From a virus (taxonomy: Duplodnaviria > Caudoviricetes): a stretch of 64,000 nt of DNA. The translations under genes and the position numbers were made by a program. The notes under the pieces are model-generated. The model had not been told where the DNA came from, did not search any database, and was given only the letters and a program-made list of their open reading frames with translations. Below are positions 26,219 to 35,921 of this stretch, piece after piece; position 1 is the stretch's first letter; every line of letters begins with the position of its first letter. The stretch is taken from the IMG/VR virus record IMGVR_UViG_3300007513_000003; one strand, written 5' to 3'.

Positions 26219-27802
26219 TTAAACCACAATAAACGGCATTGGCATATCTTGTTCAGAATCAATATCATCCTTTAATCTATCAAATAATCCAGTATCCCAT
26301 TGCCTTACTTCATAACTCATTCGAACTATCAACAATGTAGCAGATACTAAATCATCTGTTTCGCCGTCTTTTGCGGCATAACTTTGCCCTCTTGCTATAT
26401 ATGTTTTTAGTTCAGAGATTAAATTTTTACTTTTTATTTCAATTTTATCTGTTTCAATTAGGTTTTTTAATCTACTACATGCTAATAACTTTGATTTATG
26501 CGTAGTATTAAAACCTTTTCTAAATCTACGCGAATTGCCGTGCTTTTTAGTCTCAGATAAAAATATACCTTTAAACTGTTCTTCACCTAGATCATCTATA
26601 ACGACTAATGCCGCTTCGCCTAGTGTATTATTTTCTATACTAAACCATATTTGTGGTGTATCTAAATTCTTTGCACCTATTTCTTCTGCAATATAATATG
26701 TAATATCTCTTAATATTTTTATTTGTCCTTGTACTGGTGTTTTATTATGCATCCACTCTGCTACTTGTTTCATTGTAGGTATTTCAAATACCTGTATAGC
26801 GGCATTGTCTCCACCTGTGCCTAAACTTGGATCCAATGCTATTAAGTAATTGTGTCCTTTTTGTGGCTTGGTGTACCATTTAACTTGACCGTGTTTTTCC
26901 AATACATGTATTGGACGTAATGATGCCAATACGCGAGAGTCAATTAATGTCTCGTCGTTAATAACAAACTCGCAATCATGTTCGCGAGCAAAGCGTTCTG
27001 CACCAATGCGTCCTAGTTCTTCCTGTCGCCACTTCTCATCACGCTCTGGATGTTCGTTCCAATATGCTCTAAACGCAAAAAAGCCATTGCGTCCTACGTC
27101 TGTTTCATTACCGTAATCATCAATAGTTTTATTTGCGTCTCTCCAAATCATAGCAAACTGGTCTTCATCACTGTTTGGCGTTGAGGTAATAATAGCACCA
27201 CCGCCTGTTGCTAGTGTTGGAGATATGGACGTCCAGAATTCTTTCGCAATGCTAGGCTTTACAAACGCAAACTCGTCTAAGTATAGTAGTGAGATGGACA
27301 AACCACGTCCTGTGTTTTCTGTAGTAGTTGTGCTAACAATTCTACTACTGTTATCAAAGTCTATACTACCTTTATTATATGAATAAACACCCGGACGAAT
27401 AAAATCAGGAACGTCTTCATATGAATATCGTATGCGTTGCATAATCTCTTGTGAGCCAGCATACTTGTGCGCCGCAACAAGTATTGTGCTATCTGGAATA
27501 AACATAGCATGCCATAACAAATATCCTGCCGCGGTGGTAGTTTTACCAGTTTGCCTAGGCATTAGATTAACACTAAATCTATGTTTGTGATAACTGTCCA
27601 ACAAACGTGTTTGATATTCATACGCATGGTATTTTATTCTACCTCTGCGTGGATGTTGTATCCAAAAATAGTTCTCTAAAAAATAAGCAGGGCCGGTGTC
27701 AGGATCAGCACATTTTGCCAGTTCCAATAACTGTTCATCTGTGTATGATTCTCTAGTGTGTGCTTTTTTGACTAAATTGCCGTCAAGTGATTTATTGGAC
27801 AT
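26219..27802 (-). CDS. gp17: terminase large subunit
   Basis: PRQTGKTT, YLDEFAF, ITSTP.., ALDPSLG and DDLV motifs. Confidence 0.95.
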   Translation of the reverse strand: MSNKSLDGNLVKKAHTRESYTDEQLLELAKCADPDTGPAYFLENYFWIQHPRRGRIKYHAYEYQTRLLDSYHKHRFSVNLMPRQTGKTTTAAGYLLWHAMFIPDSTILVAAHKYAGSQEIMQRIRYSYEDVPDFIRPGVYSYNKGSIDFDNSSRIVSTTTTENTGRGLSISLLYLDEFAFVKPSIAKEFWTSISPTLATGGGAIITSTPNSDEDQFAMIWRDANKTIDDYGNETDVGRNGFFAFRAYWNEHPERDEKWRQEELGRIGAERFAREHDCEFVINDETLIDSRVLASLRPIHVLEKHGQVKWYTKPQKGHNYLIALDPSLGTGGDNAAIQVFEIPTMKQVAEWMHNKTPVQGQIKILRDITYYIAEEIGAKNLDTPQIWFSIENNTLGEAALVVIDDLGEEQFKGIFLSETKKHGNSRRFRKGFNTTHKSKLLACSRLKNLIETDKIEIKSKNLISELKTYIARGQSYAAKDGETDDLVSATLLIVRMSYEVRQWDTGLFDRLKDDIDSEQDMPMPFIVV

Positions 27803-27829
27803 AACTGTATTTAACAGTTTTTAAGGGGG

Positions 27830-27982
27830 TTATTTCTTTTTCTTTTTGTTATGCTGTGACCAAGCAATGGCGTATGCGGCGGGACAATCGTCATCCCCGC
27901 CGCACATCTTTTTCTTTAACTTCTTAACTTACTTCTCTCTACCTGGAGGTGCTTTTTCGAGAAGTAGTTCGGAAATACGCAC
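27830..27982 (-). pseudogene. 50-codon basic protein gene interrupted by in-frame TAA
   Basis: GTG start directly after the upstream stop: MRISELLLEKAPPGREK*VKKLKKKMCGGDDDCPAAYAIAWSQHNKKKKK; TAA at 27929-27931. Confidence 0.6.
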
Positions 27983-28879
27983 TTAGGCTACTACACCCCA
28001 GGTTTTTCCTTTACCGTCGTCTTTCTTTTCTGGTGCTTTTTTTGCCTCTTCAGGCTTTTTCCGTTTTCCTGCGGCTTCATCCAAACCTGCTAGTTGTCTA
28101 ATACGATTAACATCTTCTTCTACATTTGCTTTATATAATGCATCTTGTACAGCATCATCATTTAAAACATCTTCACCATAAGCATCTTTAATTGCAGCCC
28201 ACGCACCATCGTAATCGCCTGCCATATCGTGTACTACTTTTATTGCGGCTTTGATTGCATCTTCTTTCCAACCCGGTTTTACACCTTTAGTAGGAAACTC
28301 CATGTTATCTATTTCTTTACTTTTGGCCCATCCAGCGGGTGTTTCATGAACTTCTTCTACTTCTTCTTCTACCTCTTCTTTTTCTAAAGGTTTTCTAGCA
28401 CGGTGAGGAACTTCTTTCTTTGTGCGGTAATTGACTCTAATTGCCTCTTCAACTTCCTCAGCTTCTTCTTCACTTTCAGCAATAAACTCGTCATACGCAT
28501 TGCGTAATTTATTTTCTGCAGATTCCAATGCCATTGGATTGTCACCGCCTGCTACTGGAGGATAACTTTTCTTTACCCTATGCAAGTCGTCACCTACTTT
28601 AAAAACTTCTTCTGGTGAATGAACTGTTGCTTCTGGCTCATTATCCCAACTTTCGCCTTCTGTCATACCGCAACCACATGGTGAATCACCACAGTCTGGG
28701 CATGGAGCATCATACTCTTCTTCAGGACTTACATTTAATGCTACAGGATGAGATTGGCTCATGCCTGCTAAATTTAGCAACTCTGCTAGTTTGTTTGCAT
28801 CTGTAGTAGAAATTGATGTTGTTGCGTTATCACCGTTCTCTCCAGATGTTGTAATATTTAGGTTATATTTTGTTTCCAT
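27983..28879 (-). CDS. acidic probable prohead core protein
   Basis: Glu-rich; LLNLAGM and RIRQLAGL motifs shared with the scaffold C-terminus; CPDCGDSPCGC motif. Confidence 0.5.
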   Translation of the reverse strand: METKYNLNITTSGENGDNATTSISTTDANKLAELLNLAGMSQSHPVALNVSPEEEYDAPCPDCGDSPCGCGMTEGESWDNEPEATVHSPEEVFKVGDDLHRVKKSYPPVAGGDNPMALESAENKLRNAYDEFIAESEEEAEEVEEAIRVNYRTKKEVPHRARKPLEKEEVEEEVEEVHETPAGWAKSKEIDNMEFPTKGVKPGWKEDAIKAAIKVVHDMAGDYDGAWAAIKDAYGEDVLNDDAVQDALYKANVEEDVNRIRQLAGLDEAAGKRKKPEEAKKAPEKKDDGKGKTWGVVA

Positions 28880-28880
28880 T

Positions 28881-29483
28881 TTAATTAGTTCCTACTGGTG
28901 ATGTAGTACCCATCGGTGCTTTCAAAAATTCGTCCGGCTCGTGCTCAATTTCACTACTTGGATCTTTTGCAAAATTAACCATATCAAACAATCTACCTTT
29001 GCGTTTTTCATCTTCATCTGCAAGCATCTTATCTGTGTGTTCTTGTCCAGCAGGTAAGTCGCCTTCTGATTCTGGATAATCACTATCTAATAGTGATTCT
29101 GGTTTAGCATCTGGATCCTTTTCGTCTAGTTCCTTTTGGTCTTTGTCATTTTGAACTTCTTCTGGATGATCTGGACTACGAACAACAATATGACTTTCAG
29201 GAATTCCTAACATGCTATGAATATAATTTTGTAATACGTTGGGAGTAGTAGGATATTCTAATACAATATCTACAATATAAATTTCACCAGCTCCTAAATT
29301 ACCAAAATCCATTGGATGTTTTTGCATAATTGTTTTGTTTGCTTTAGATACGCTTTTAACGCCGTATCTATTCAAACATCCTTCTAGGCGATCTAAGTGT
29401 TCGTCTGTAATATCTACAGCAAACTTCAATCTAAAAGGATAATCTGTTTTTGCTTCTGTAATGTATTGTTTTAAACTTTTCAT
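28881..29483 (-). CDS. probable internal head protein
   Basis: MKSLKQYITE-A N-terminus closely matches the T4 IP targeting sequence MKTYQEFIAE. Confidence 0.55.
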   Translation of the reverse strand: MKSLKQYITEAKTDYPFRLKFAVDITDEHLDRLEGCLNRYGVKSVSKANKTIMQKHPMDFGNLGAGEIYIVDIVLEYPTTPNVLQNYIHSMLGIPESHIVVRSPDHPEEVQNDKDQKELDEKDPDAKPESLLDSDYPESEGDLPAGQEHTDKMLADEDEKRKGRLFDMVNFAKDPSSEIEHEPDEFLKAPMGTTSPVGTN

Positions 29484-29529
29484 AAGGGTACTCTTTTAAG
29501 TTTTATATTACTTATTTATTTAAATCACA

Positions 29530-30021
29530 CTATTTTTTATCTTTGCTGTCTTTATTTTGATCTAGGATTTGCTTAATTAGTTCGTTGCGATCTGCTACAA
29601 TAGTTGCTTCTGCTTCTATTTCTAGTCCGCCAACATCCCTTTCTTGTTGATCTACACGTTGCTTCTTAATTTGCAATTCAACCATACGCAATTTCTTATC
29701 AATTTTTGCGGCTTTAGCATCAATGGCGTTCTTCATCATAGTGCCTGCTACTTCAAATATCTTACCTGCGTATCGTGCTTCTACATTCATGCCCAAATCC
29801 ATTAGATCATTAAATGTTGTTATGGACTTTTCAGCAATGTTGTCCATTTCTTTATCATTAGATTCTAAATCTCTAACTAGTGGTAATGCACTATCAATTT
29901 TATCTACATCGCTTAATACTGACTGTAGTTTTGTTGCTTCTTCGGGTTTAAAGTCCGAGGGCTTCTCTTCTTCTTGCTCTGATTGTGCTAAATCAAAAAG
30001 TTCTTCTAGTTTTTTTGTCAT
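29530..30021 (-). CDS. gp16: probable terminase small subunit
   Basis: Helical FNDLMDLG...IFEVAGTMMKNAIDA and C-terminal IVADRNELIKQI resemble the gp16 pattern; late motif at 30027-30032. Confidence 0.5.
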   Translation of the reverse strand: MTKKLEELFDLAQSEQEEEKPSDFKPEEATKLQSVLSDVDKIDSALPLVRDLESNDKEMDNIAEKSITTFNDLMDLGMNVEARYAGKIFEVAGTMMKNAIDAKAAKIDKKLRMVELQIKKQRVDQQERDVGGLEIEAEATIVADRNELIKQILDQNKDSKDKK

Positions 30022-30025
30022 AACG

Positions 30026-30979
30026 TTATTTAATCACTCCGCATACTTCTAAACATGTCTTTCGATACAATCCTTGGGAAAATTCTTTTGCTATGTTTAA
30101 AGTTTCAATATCATAAACTTCTTTTCTTTCATCTTCCCAAAAACAGCAAGGATGAATTACGCCATCTGCGCTTATAAAAAGTTGATAATGCTCATCATCG
30201 TCAGAGCACTGTAAATGATCACAAACATTTGGATCGACATAATTATTGGAAATAATCTTATCTAAATAGGCTTTTTTATCTACTTCATTTGAAATTGCTG
30301 TGTTTTCGAATACTTGAGTCTTTACTGAGTCATATGAATTATTATCTTCATCAGGAAACTCTAATAAATATCTTTCATTAGTTTTCCAATGAAATGCCTC
30401 TGGCACATAGGGCAATTCTGTATAAAATTCTGAAAACCCTAATTTATGAGACAATTCCCTTGCCTCTTCAACTTGGTGCTGGTTATGTTTAAACGTTAAA
30501 AATTTCCACACCGCGTGGCCGCCGGCGTCGATATATGCCTTTGCATTATCTATTATTTTATTAAAATTTGTGCCTTGTCTATAGATATGATTTGTATCCT
30601 CTAGTCCATCAATTGAGAAAGTAACTTCAAGTTGATTGCTTTTATAACTTCCTAAATCGGCCCACCAAGTCGTAGATCTTAAACTACCGCTTGTGTGCAT
30701 TGAAACAAAAAATTCTCTGTTATCGAATGATACCAATCTTAAAAGATCTTTAAGATGCTTATAGGCTGCAGGGTCTCCTCGATTTCCACATAAATGAATA
30801 TTTTTTAATATATTACATTTATTAACAAAATCAATAAAAAAATCTAGATCAAGATCAATTAATTCAAAATTGTCTTTAAGTCCATATCCATTATTATTGC
30901 GCGGACATCCTGGGCAACTAGCATTACATTTGGTTGTTGGCTCTACATGAACAATTGTTATTTTATTCCATATTTCCAT
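30026..30979 (-). CDS. radical SAM protein with SPASM/twitch-like C-terminus
   Basis: TTKCNASCPGC; CGNRGDP, FSIDG; C-terminal C...ISADGVIHPCC...C...C. Confidence 0.85.
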   Translation of the reverse strand: MEIWNKITIVHVEPTTKCNASCPGCPRNNNGYGLKDNFELIDLDLDFFIDFVNKCNILKNIHLCGNRGDPAAYKHLKDLLRLVSFDNREFFVSMHTSGSLRSTTWWADLGSYKSNQLEVTFSIDGLEDTNHIYRQGTNFNKIIDNAKAYIDAGGHAVWKFLTFKHNQHQVEEARELSHKLGFSEFYTELPYVPEAFHWKTNERYLLEFPDEDNNSYDSVKTQVFENTAISNEVDKKAYLDKIISNNYVDPNVCDHLQCSDDDEHYQLFISADGVIHPCCFWEDERKEVYDIETLNIAKEFSQGLYRKTCLEVCGVIK

Positions 30980-31766
30980 ATAATTTTCTTAAATTTTGTG
31001 CCAATTTAATGCTATGTTTTTGTAATCGTTCGATATCAAAATTTATAGTAGTAAAATAGTCATTTAATATTGGTATTATATATTTAACATAAAAATCAAT
31101 TTGAAACGCACTGTTGGGTGACATATATCTTGCATCTTTATCAAATACGTCTAATTCAAACTCTTCACTTTCTTTATAAATTTCATATATTGGTTTTGGC
31201 GTTATAAACTTATTCCAATTTATATTATAATATAAATGCTGTAATTCAGGTGTCTCTTTTATAAAATCAAAATTAAAAGCATAGCCAAAGAAAAAATAAT
31301 ATGGAATTCCATGCAACTCACACAATGTTTGTATATCTAATATTTGCTCTAGATCTTTCATGTGCTCATATATATTAGATTTAAAAACATCGTTGTAAAC
31401 TTCTTTAATTACGTTATCATCACTGCTACTGCTCGCCCAAAAACCTCTTCCATCGACGACATTAGCATCCATATCGACAATAAAATTTCGTAAATTAAAG
31501 TCTTTTATTTGAGAAAGTATTTCTTCGTTCTCTACAAATAAATCAAGTTTACCAATACTAGTCCATTGTATAATAACTGCTTCAACATCTAAGTTTTCTA
31601 ATATATGTTTTTTGCAAGTGCGGCCAATATACTCATTGCCCACTGCTGGGCCGCCAATAGAAATGTGTTTTAATTTGTGCGTAAGTGTGGGAAAGTGTAC
31701 CCAAATTGGATAATGTTTAAAGTCTCGCTGGCTAATACCACAGCCGGCTGTGATTAATTTACTCAT
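30963..31766 (-). CDS. SGNH-hydrolase-like protein
   Basis: LITAGCGIS, IGGPAVGNEYI and VIIQWT pattern. Confidence 0.4.
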   Translation of the reverse strand: MSKLITAGCGISQRDFKHYPIWVHFPTLTHKLKHISIGGPAVGNEYIGRTCKKHILENLDVEAVIIQWTSIGKLDLFVENEEILSQIKDFNLRNFIVDMDANVVDGRGFWASSSSDDNVIKEVYNDVFKSNIYEHMKDLEQILDIQTLCELHGIPYYFFFGYAFNFDFIKETPELQHLYYNINWNKFITPKPIYEIYKESEEFELDVFDKDARYMSPNSAFQIDFYVKYIIPILNDYFTTINFDIERLQKHSIKLAQNLRKLYGNME

Positions 31767-32650
31767 TTTATTTTATTATATTCTTTCCTTGTAATAACAT
31801 TTCCGAGTGCATAATGATCATATTCAATCTCTTGCGAATTACTGCTACATGCTCTACATGCTACTGGATCTGGTTTATATATATTTCCTATAAACTTATC
31901 TAAATCGCTATTATAGTCTAATCCAGTATTTAAGTATGGTGCCCATTGTTCTTCGTTCTCTTTACCAAAAACTCTTAATGTATCTTCTAGGTTAGCAATT
32001 GCAGGGCATTTATATAATTTATTTTTATATATTGTTGGAGAATTTGGTGATCCACATACTCTATGTGCTCCTATATAATTGTCGTTATTTGCTGGATATA
32101 TATTCGCACCTTCTCCCATGAACGGACGCCTAAATTCTCCAAACAAGTTCATATGCCATTTAATATTAGTATTCTTATCAATTAATTTAATAAGTTTATC
32201 AGGCGGATCAAACGGTATGCCATCTATTTTCCAATCAGTTTGACTTAAAAAGAATTTAATACTATCTATATATTTCTCAGGAGGAGGGCGATAGTGTAAA
32301 CTAGTTTGTATTAATACATTATTAACTTCTTTACACCATTGGTATAACGCCGGACGAGACTTATAATGGAATCCATTGGTAATAAACTTAATACGAGATT
32401 TTGGAAAGTACTCCCTTACGCCATATAACCATTGTTGGAAATCTTTGTTTAGTAGTGGTTCACCTCCCATTAGATTGATTTCTTTTGGTTTAATGCGTAG
32501 ACTCCACTCCCTTAACCATTGTTCGCCCTCCTTCCAAGAAACATGTCCTTTACGATCATAATTAGACAACGTAATACAACCCTTGCAAGATAAACTACAT
32601 GCATACTGTACCATTATATCAATATAATTTAGATCATATTTTTTCATCAT
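31763..32650 (-). CDS. radical SAM protein
   Basis: YACSLSCKGC, LMGGEPLL, ITNG; C-terminal LYKCP...CRAC. Confidence 0.85.
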   Translation of the reverse strand: MMKKYDLNYIDIMVQYACSLSCKGCITLSNYDRKGHVSWKEGEQWLREWSLRIKPKEINLMGGEPLLNKDFQQWLYGVREYFPKSRIKFITNGFHYKSRPALYQWCKEVNNVLIQTSLHYRPPPEKYIDSIKFFLSQTDWKIDGIPFDPPDKLIKLIDKNTNIKWHMNLFGEFRRPFMGEGANIYPANNDNYIGAHRVCGSPNSPTIYKNKLYKCPAIANLEDTLRVFGKENEEQWAPYLNTGLDYNSDLDKFIGNIYKPDPVACRACSSNSQEIEYDHYALGNVITRKEYNKIK

Positions 32651-33362
32651 TTTGTATTTTTTCTTGTAATTCTATTTGCATTTTTTCTGTAATAGTAATG
32701 TCTAAGTATTTTCCAATTTGTTCTAAACTATTAATAATATTTTCATATTCAATACACAAGTTGTTATCTTTTTTCTTATGCTTTGTTTGTAAATCATTAT
32801 TCCAATCATTTTCAAGTTGTTCTCTATTCTCATCAGTTAGTTCTTTTCCTTGAGATGCTAGAAGTATGTCAATTGTGTTCATTGAAAAGTGTGTATTAAC
32901 AAACCAATCTCTATTGCCTACATCCTTTTCCAATTGCTGAAGCATACCAAAGAATTCCAACTGAGTAGGTTGGGGCTGCATCCAAACTTTATCTTTAATA
33001 TTACACAAAACTCTTTTGTGGCCTTCTTCTGTTCTCGGATATAAAATGTTTACAAACTTATAATTCTTAAAATATTGTCCTACGGCATCTTCCCTGTAAT
33101 GTGTAGGAACTACAACATACTTGCTGTCATCTATTCCAGTCAAATCGCCATTATCACCGTAATCATTAAAACAACGATCAATACTAAAATCCATTCTAAG
33201 CATATGCTGATTAAAAATGTCATGTACTTTTGTACGATTGCCAACTTTTCGTCGCACTAATGTATTACATTCTTCTGCTTTGCTTATAATGTATGATAAA
33301 AATTCGCCGCCGCCGCCGTGTGGATAGCAGACAAAAATATATTTAAAACTATTGAAGGACAC
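32634..33362 (-). CDS. sulfotransferase-fold-like protein
   Basis: YPHGGGGEFLSYII P-loop-like start; IEYENI...I.KYL near the C-terminus. Confidence 0.4.
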   Translation of the reverse strand: MSFNSFKYIFVCYPHGGGGEFLSYIISKAEECNTLVRRKVGNRTKVHDIFNQHMLRMDFSIDRCFNDYGDNGDLTGIDDSKYVVVPTHYREDAVGQYFKNYKFVNILYPRTEEGHKRVLCNIKDKVWMQPQPTQLEFFGMLQQLEKDVGNRDWFVNTHFSMNTIDILLASQGKELTDENREQLENDWNNDLQTKHKKKDNNLCIEYENIINSLEQIGKYLDITITEKMQIELQEKIQNDEKI

Positions 33363-33373
33363 ACTATTACTTA

Positions 33374-33808
33374 TTAGCGTTTGCGGCCTTGATGAAAAAT
33401 ATCATCCTCTGTTACGATACGAAATTGTATGCCTTGTCGTTGACACCATTTATAGGCTGCTTCCCATTTTGCATGGTTAACTGCGACACTTGCTTGATTA
33501 TATTTACTACGGCCGGCGCGTTCTTTCAATGTTTGGCTTTTGGGTTTTATTTCTATTAATTCTGCGCGTCTTCCGCTTTTGCCTTCGTATATGATTAAAA
33601 AATCTGGAACATAAACAGTTTGTCTGCCTGTTAAAGGATTACGATATGGAATCTTCATTGGTTCGCTTGCCCATTCAGTTACTGACGGGTGGTTGTCACA
33701 GAATTTCATAAAGGCAAACTCCCAACCACTTCTATAAGTTGGTGAACCTTTTCCTACATATTTTTTATTATTTTTGGGAATGAATTTCCCTTGGGCATAT
33801 TTTGCCAT
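33374..33808 (-). CDS. gp4: head completion protein (TnsA-like nuclease fold)
   Basis: YRSGWE..FM.FCD, WASEP..IPY, Y.PDF and IEIKP motifs. Confidence 0.88.
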   Translation of the reverse strand: MAKYAQGKFIPKNNKKYVGKGSPTYRSGWEFAFMKFCDNHPSVTEWASEPMKIPYRNPLTGRQTVYVPDFLIIYEGKSGRRAELIEIKPKSQTLKERAGRSKYNQASVAVNHAKWEAAYKWCQRQGIQFRIVTEDDIFHQGRKR

Positions 33809-33811
33809 AAT

Positions 33812-34219
33812 TTAAGCCAGTATTGTTCTTTTTACTGTACTATTTATTGAGCCATCTTTTTTAAAACCTAACACACTTGTTCTATTTCTTGTAGTATTAC
33901 ATAATATGCATAGAAGAGTATTTAATTTTATAGAATCTTTTACTTCTTCAAGTTGATTTATTAAATCTACTATATTTACATCCTGTTCTACAGCGATTTC
34001 CATTAATGTAATTGATAAATTTCTTTGAACAGATTCTTCATAACCTCTTCCCTTTAAAAAACCGATAACAATATCATATTGGGCCGGATCAACTGATTGA
34101 ACTTTTGTATAATAATTATTAAAGAACTTTTGCCTTTTGTCGTCAACACTTAATTTGCCTGAACTAGTTTCATTTATAGGTTGTGCTGTATTTTTATAAT
34201 AATTTGTATAATTAGGCAT
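33812..34219 (-). CDS. hypothetical protein in tail operon
   Basis: 135-aa ORF tightly packed between neighbours. Confidence 0.6.
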   Translation of the reverse strand: MPNYTNYYKNTAQPINETSSGKLSVDDKRQKFFNNYYTKVQSVDPAQYDIVIGFLKGRGYEESVQRNLSITLMEIAVEQDVNIVDLINQLEEVKDSIKLNTLLCILCNTTRNRTSVLGFKKDGSINSTVKRTILA

Positions 34220-34224
34220 TGTTA

Positions 34225-35235
34225 TTAACCTTTAATTCCTTTAATTATTTCCTGTGCTTTTCTAACGGTGGCAGTAGGAAATGCGTGTGATGCGTTTTTA
34301 ACAACCTGCTCTATTGTAGACGGCAAAGAAGACCCAAATGCAGATTGTATTAAATTCTGACTATCAAATGCTTCAATTTGTGCCGCGGTTTGTACTGCTG
34401 TATTTAATATATCATATGGATTTTTATCAGGAATAGAATCTAATACTCCACGCAACCCTGATATTATTGATTCACTGCTTGCTCCAAGTCCGTCTGCAGT
34501 GGATCCTGGAAGTCTGTCATAACCAGCAGCCCCAAAATTTGGAATCTGTGCCACGGGGATATCTGCATATGTATACGCATCATAACTTATAGCAATATTA
34601 CTTTCCTTGGGACCAGAGCCGTCTGATTGATCATGGGACCCATGAGAGAATTGGGTTACGATAGGATTTTTTAAACTATATCTACTTCCTATTCCTTTTG
34701 ATAAAGAATATATTTGTATTTCTTTAATTAAATTTGTTCCTTGCAAAGTAAAGTTAGAATCTAAACCCCAACTCAATAATGCACTTGAACTTGCTTCCTG
34801 ATAGGTGTCTTTTAATCCTGATGTTCTAATACCATATTCACCATCGGCCTTATTCCCGTCAGAAGTGTAGTGGTTATAAACATTTGAAAGAAAGTTTCTA
34901 ACATTATTTGCGTTATCATCATGAAATACGATGTTTACACCGTTATACGCAACACCTGTATAATTAAAAGACTTTCTATTGTATTGTTTAAGTTCCTCTA
35001 CATCAAAACTAACACCTGGTAGATCAACAGACTTTACCATAAAGCCTACTTCATTGTCTTGATAATTTAATGTCTTTGCAGAACTATCTAAAATAAAAAC
35101 ACAATGATATAAAAATCTAAACTTAGGTGAAAGTCTGTAATTAGAATGTGTGTAAAGGTTACTTGCGTGGCGGTAGTCCTTCATAAAACCGCCGGCCCCA
35201 ATACCACGCAAATAATTGTTAAGATACGATGCCAT
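34225..35235 (-). CDS. tail-tube-like protein (baseplate-tube junction/gp19 paralogue)
   Basis: VKSVDLP...YN...Y..V.I.FHDD tube-fold pattern. Confidence 0.65.
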   Translation of the reverse strand: MASYLNNYLRGIGAGGFMKDYRHASNLYTHSNYRLSPKFRFLYHCVFILDSSAKTLNYQDNEVGFMVKSVDLPGVSFDVEELKQYNRKSFNYTGVAYNGVNIVFHDDNANNVRNFLSNVYNHYTSDGNKADGEYGIRTSGLKDTYQEASSSALLSWGLDSNFTLQGTNLIKEIQIYSLSKGIGSRYSLKNPIVTQFSHGSHDQSDGSGPKESNIAISYDAYTYADIPVAQIPNFGAAGYDRLPGSTADGLGASSESIISGLRGVLDSIPDKNPYDILNTAVQTAAQIEAFDSQNLIQSAFGSSLPSTIEQVVKNASHAFPTATVRKAQEIIKGIKG

Positions 35236-35239
35236 TAAA

Positions 35240-35848
35240 TTAGCCTGTCGCTACTGAACCTGCTCCTCTTGATACGGGCGCACCAACACCATTACCAATC
35301 GGTGTGTTCAATGCGTTATCATATCTAATTGACATTGTAATTGTTGCTGGGTCACTTGCTGTATAAGTCAAGTCATTATAATTTACGTTTTCAATATAGC
35401 AACCGTACAATTCCCATGTTTCTAGAACACCCGGGGCTGTCGCACCGTTACCACCGTCAAGTACTTCGTACTTTAGTGTAAACTTGTAATCAATACCAGA
35501 TACTGAACTCATTTGCTCGAAGAAGTCGAACTGCTTCTGCATTTGTTCACCTACTCGGCGAGTCATCTCACCGTTTACATCATCACGTAGATTAATTGTA
35601 ACTGGTTCCCATGTATGTTTACCAAGAACATTAATTCTTGAGTTGTAAACATCTATAATTTGATTCTCAAAGGATGCTGTTGGTCGAGTAATATCCATTA
35701 CATTCTTTGTGATTTCTGATCTCGGAGTAGTAACGCCAAAGTTTTCCATTATCGCTCTAAAGCGATATTTCAATTTCGGCATCAAAGTACCTTGAGATCC
35801 GGCTCCACTAATTGGAACTGTGAATTTTGTTAATGACGCTACGGACAT
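35240..35848 (-). CDS. gp19: tail tube protein
   Basis: PKLKYRFR, WEPVTINLRDD, W.LYGC and Y.....I.YDNA motifs; follows the sheath gene. Confidence 0.85.
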   Translation of the reverse strand: MSVASLTKFTVPISGAGSQGTLMPKLKYRFRAIMENFGVTTPRSEITKNVMDITRPTASFENQIIDVYNSRINVLGKHTWEPVTINLRDDVNGEMTRRVGEQMQKQFDFFEQMSSVSGIDYKFTLKYEVLDGGNGATAPGVLETWELYGCYIENVNYNDLTYTASDPATITMSIRYDNALNTPIGNGVGAPVSRGAGSVATG

Positions 35849-35880
35849 ATTATTCTCCTATTTCTTTTATTTATCTATGT

Positions 35881-35908
35881 ATTAGGGGTGGTTTTTGCCA
35901 CCCCTAAT
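35881..35908 (-). terminator. hairpin between sheath and tube genes
   Basis: ATTAGGGGTGG-N6-CCACCCCTAAT 11-bp stem; no strong U-tract, followed by an ATAAATA late motif. Confidence 0.55.
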
Positions 35909-35921
35909 CATTGTTTAAACT

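Noticed and set aside
1715-27802. Inteins or group I introns in helicase, UvsW, UvsX or terminase
   Set aside because: Lengths and motif spacing are ordinary; no C...HN splice junctions or interrupted frames seen.
33374-33808. Tn7-like transposase TnsA
   Set aside because: The fold is shared with T4 gp4; the context is head/tail genes with no tnsB/C or terminal repeats.
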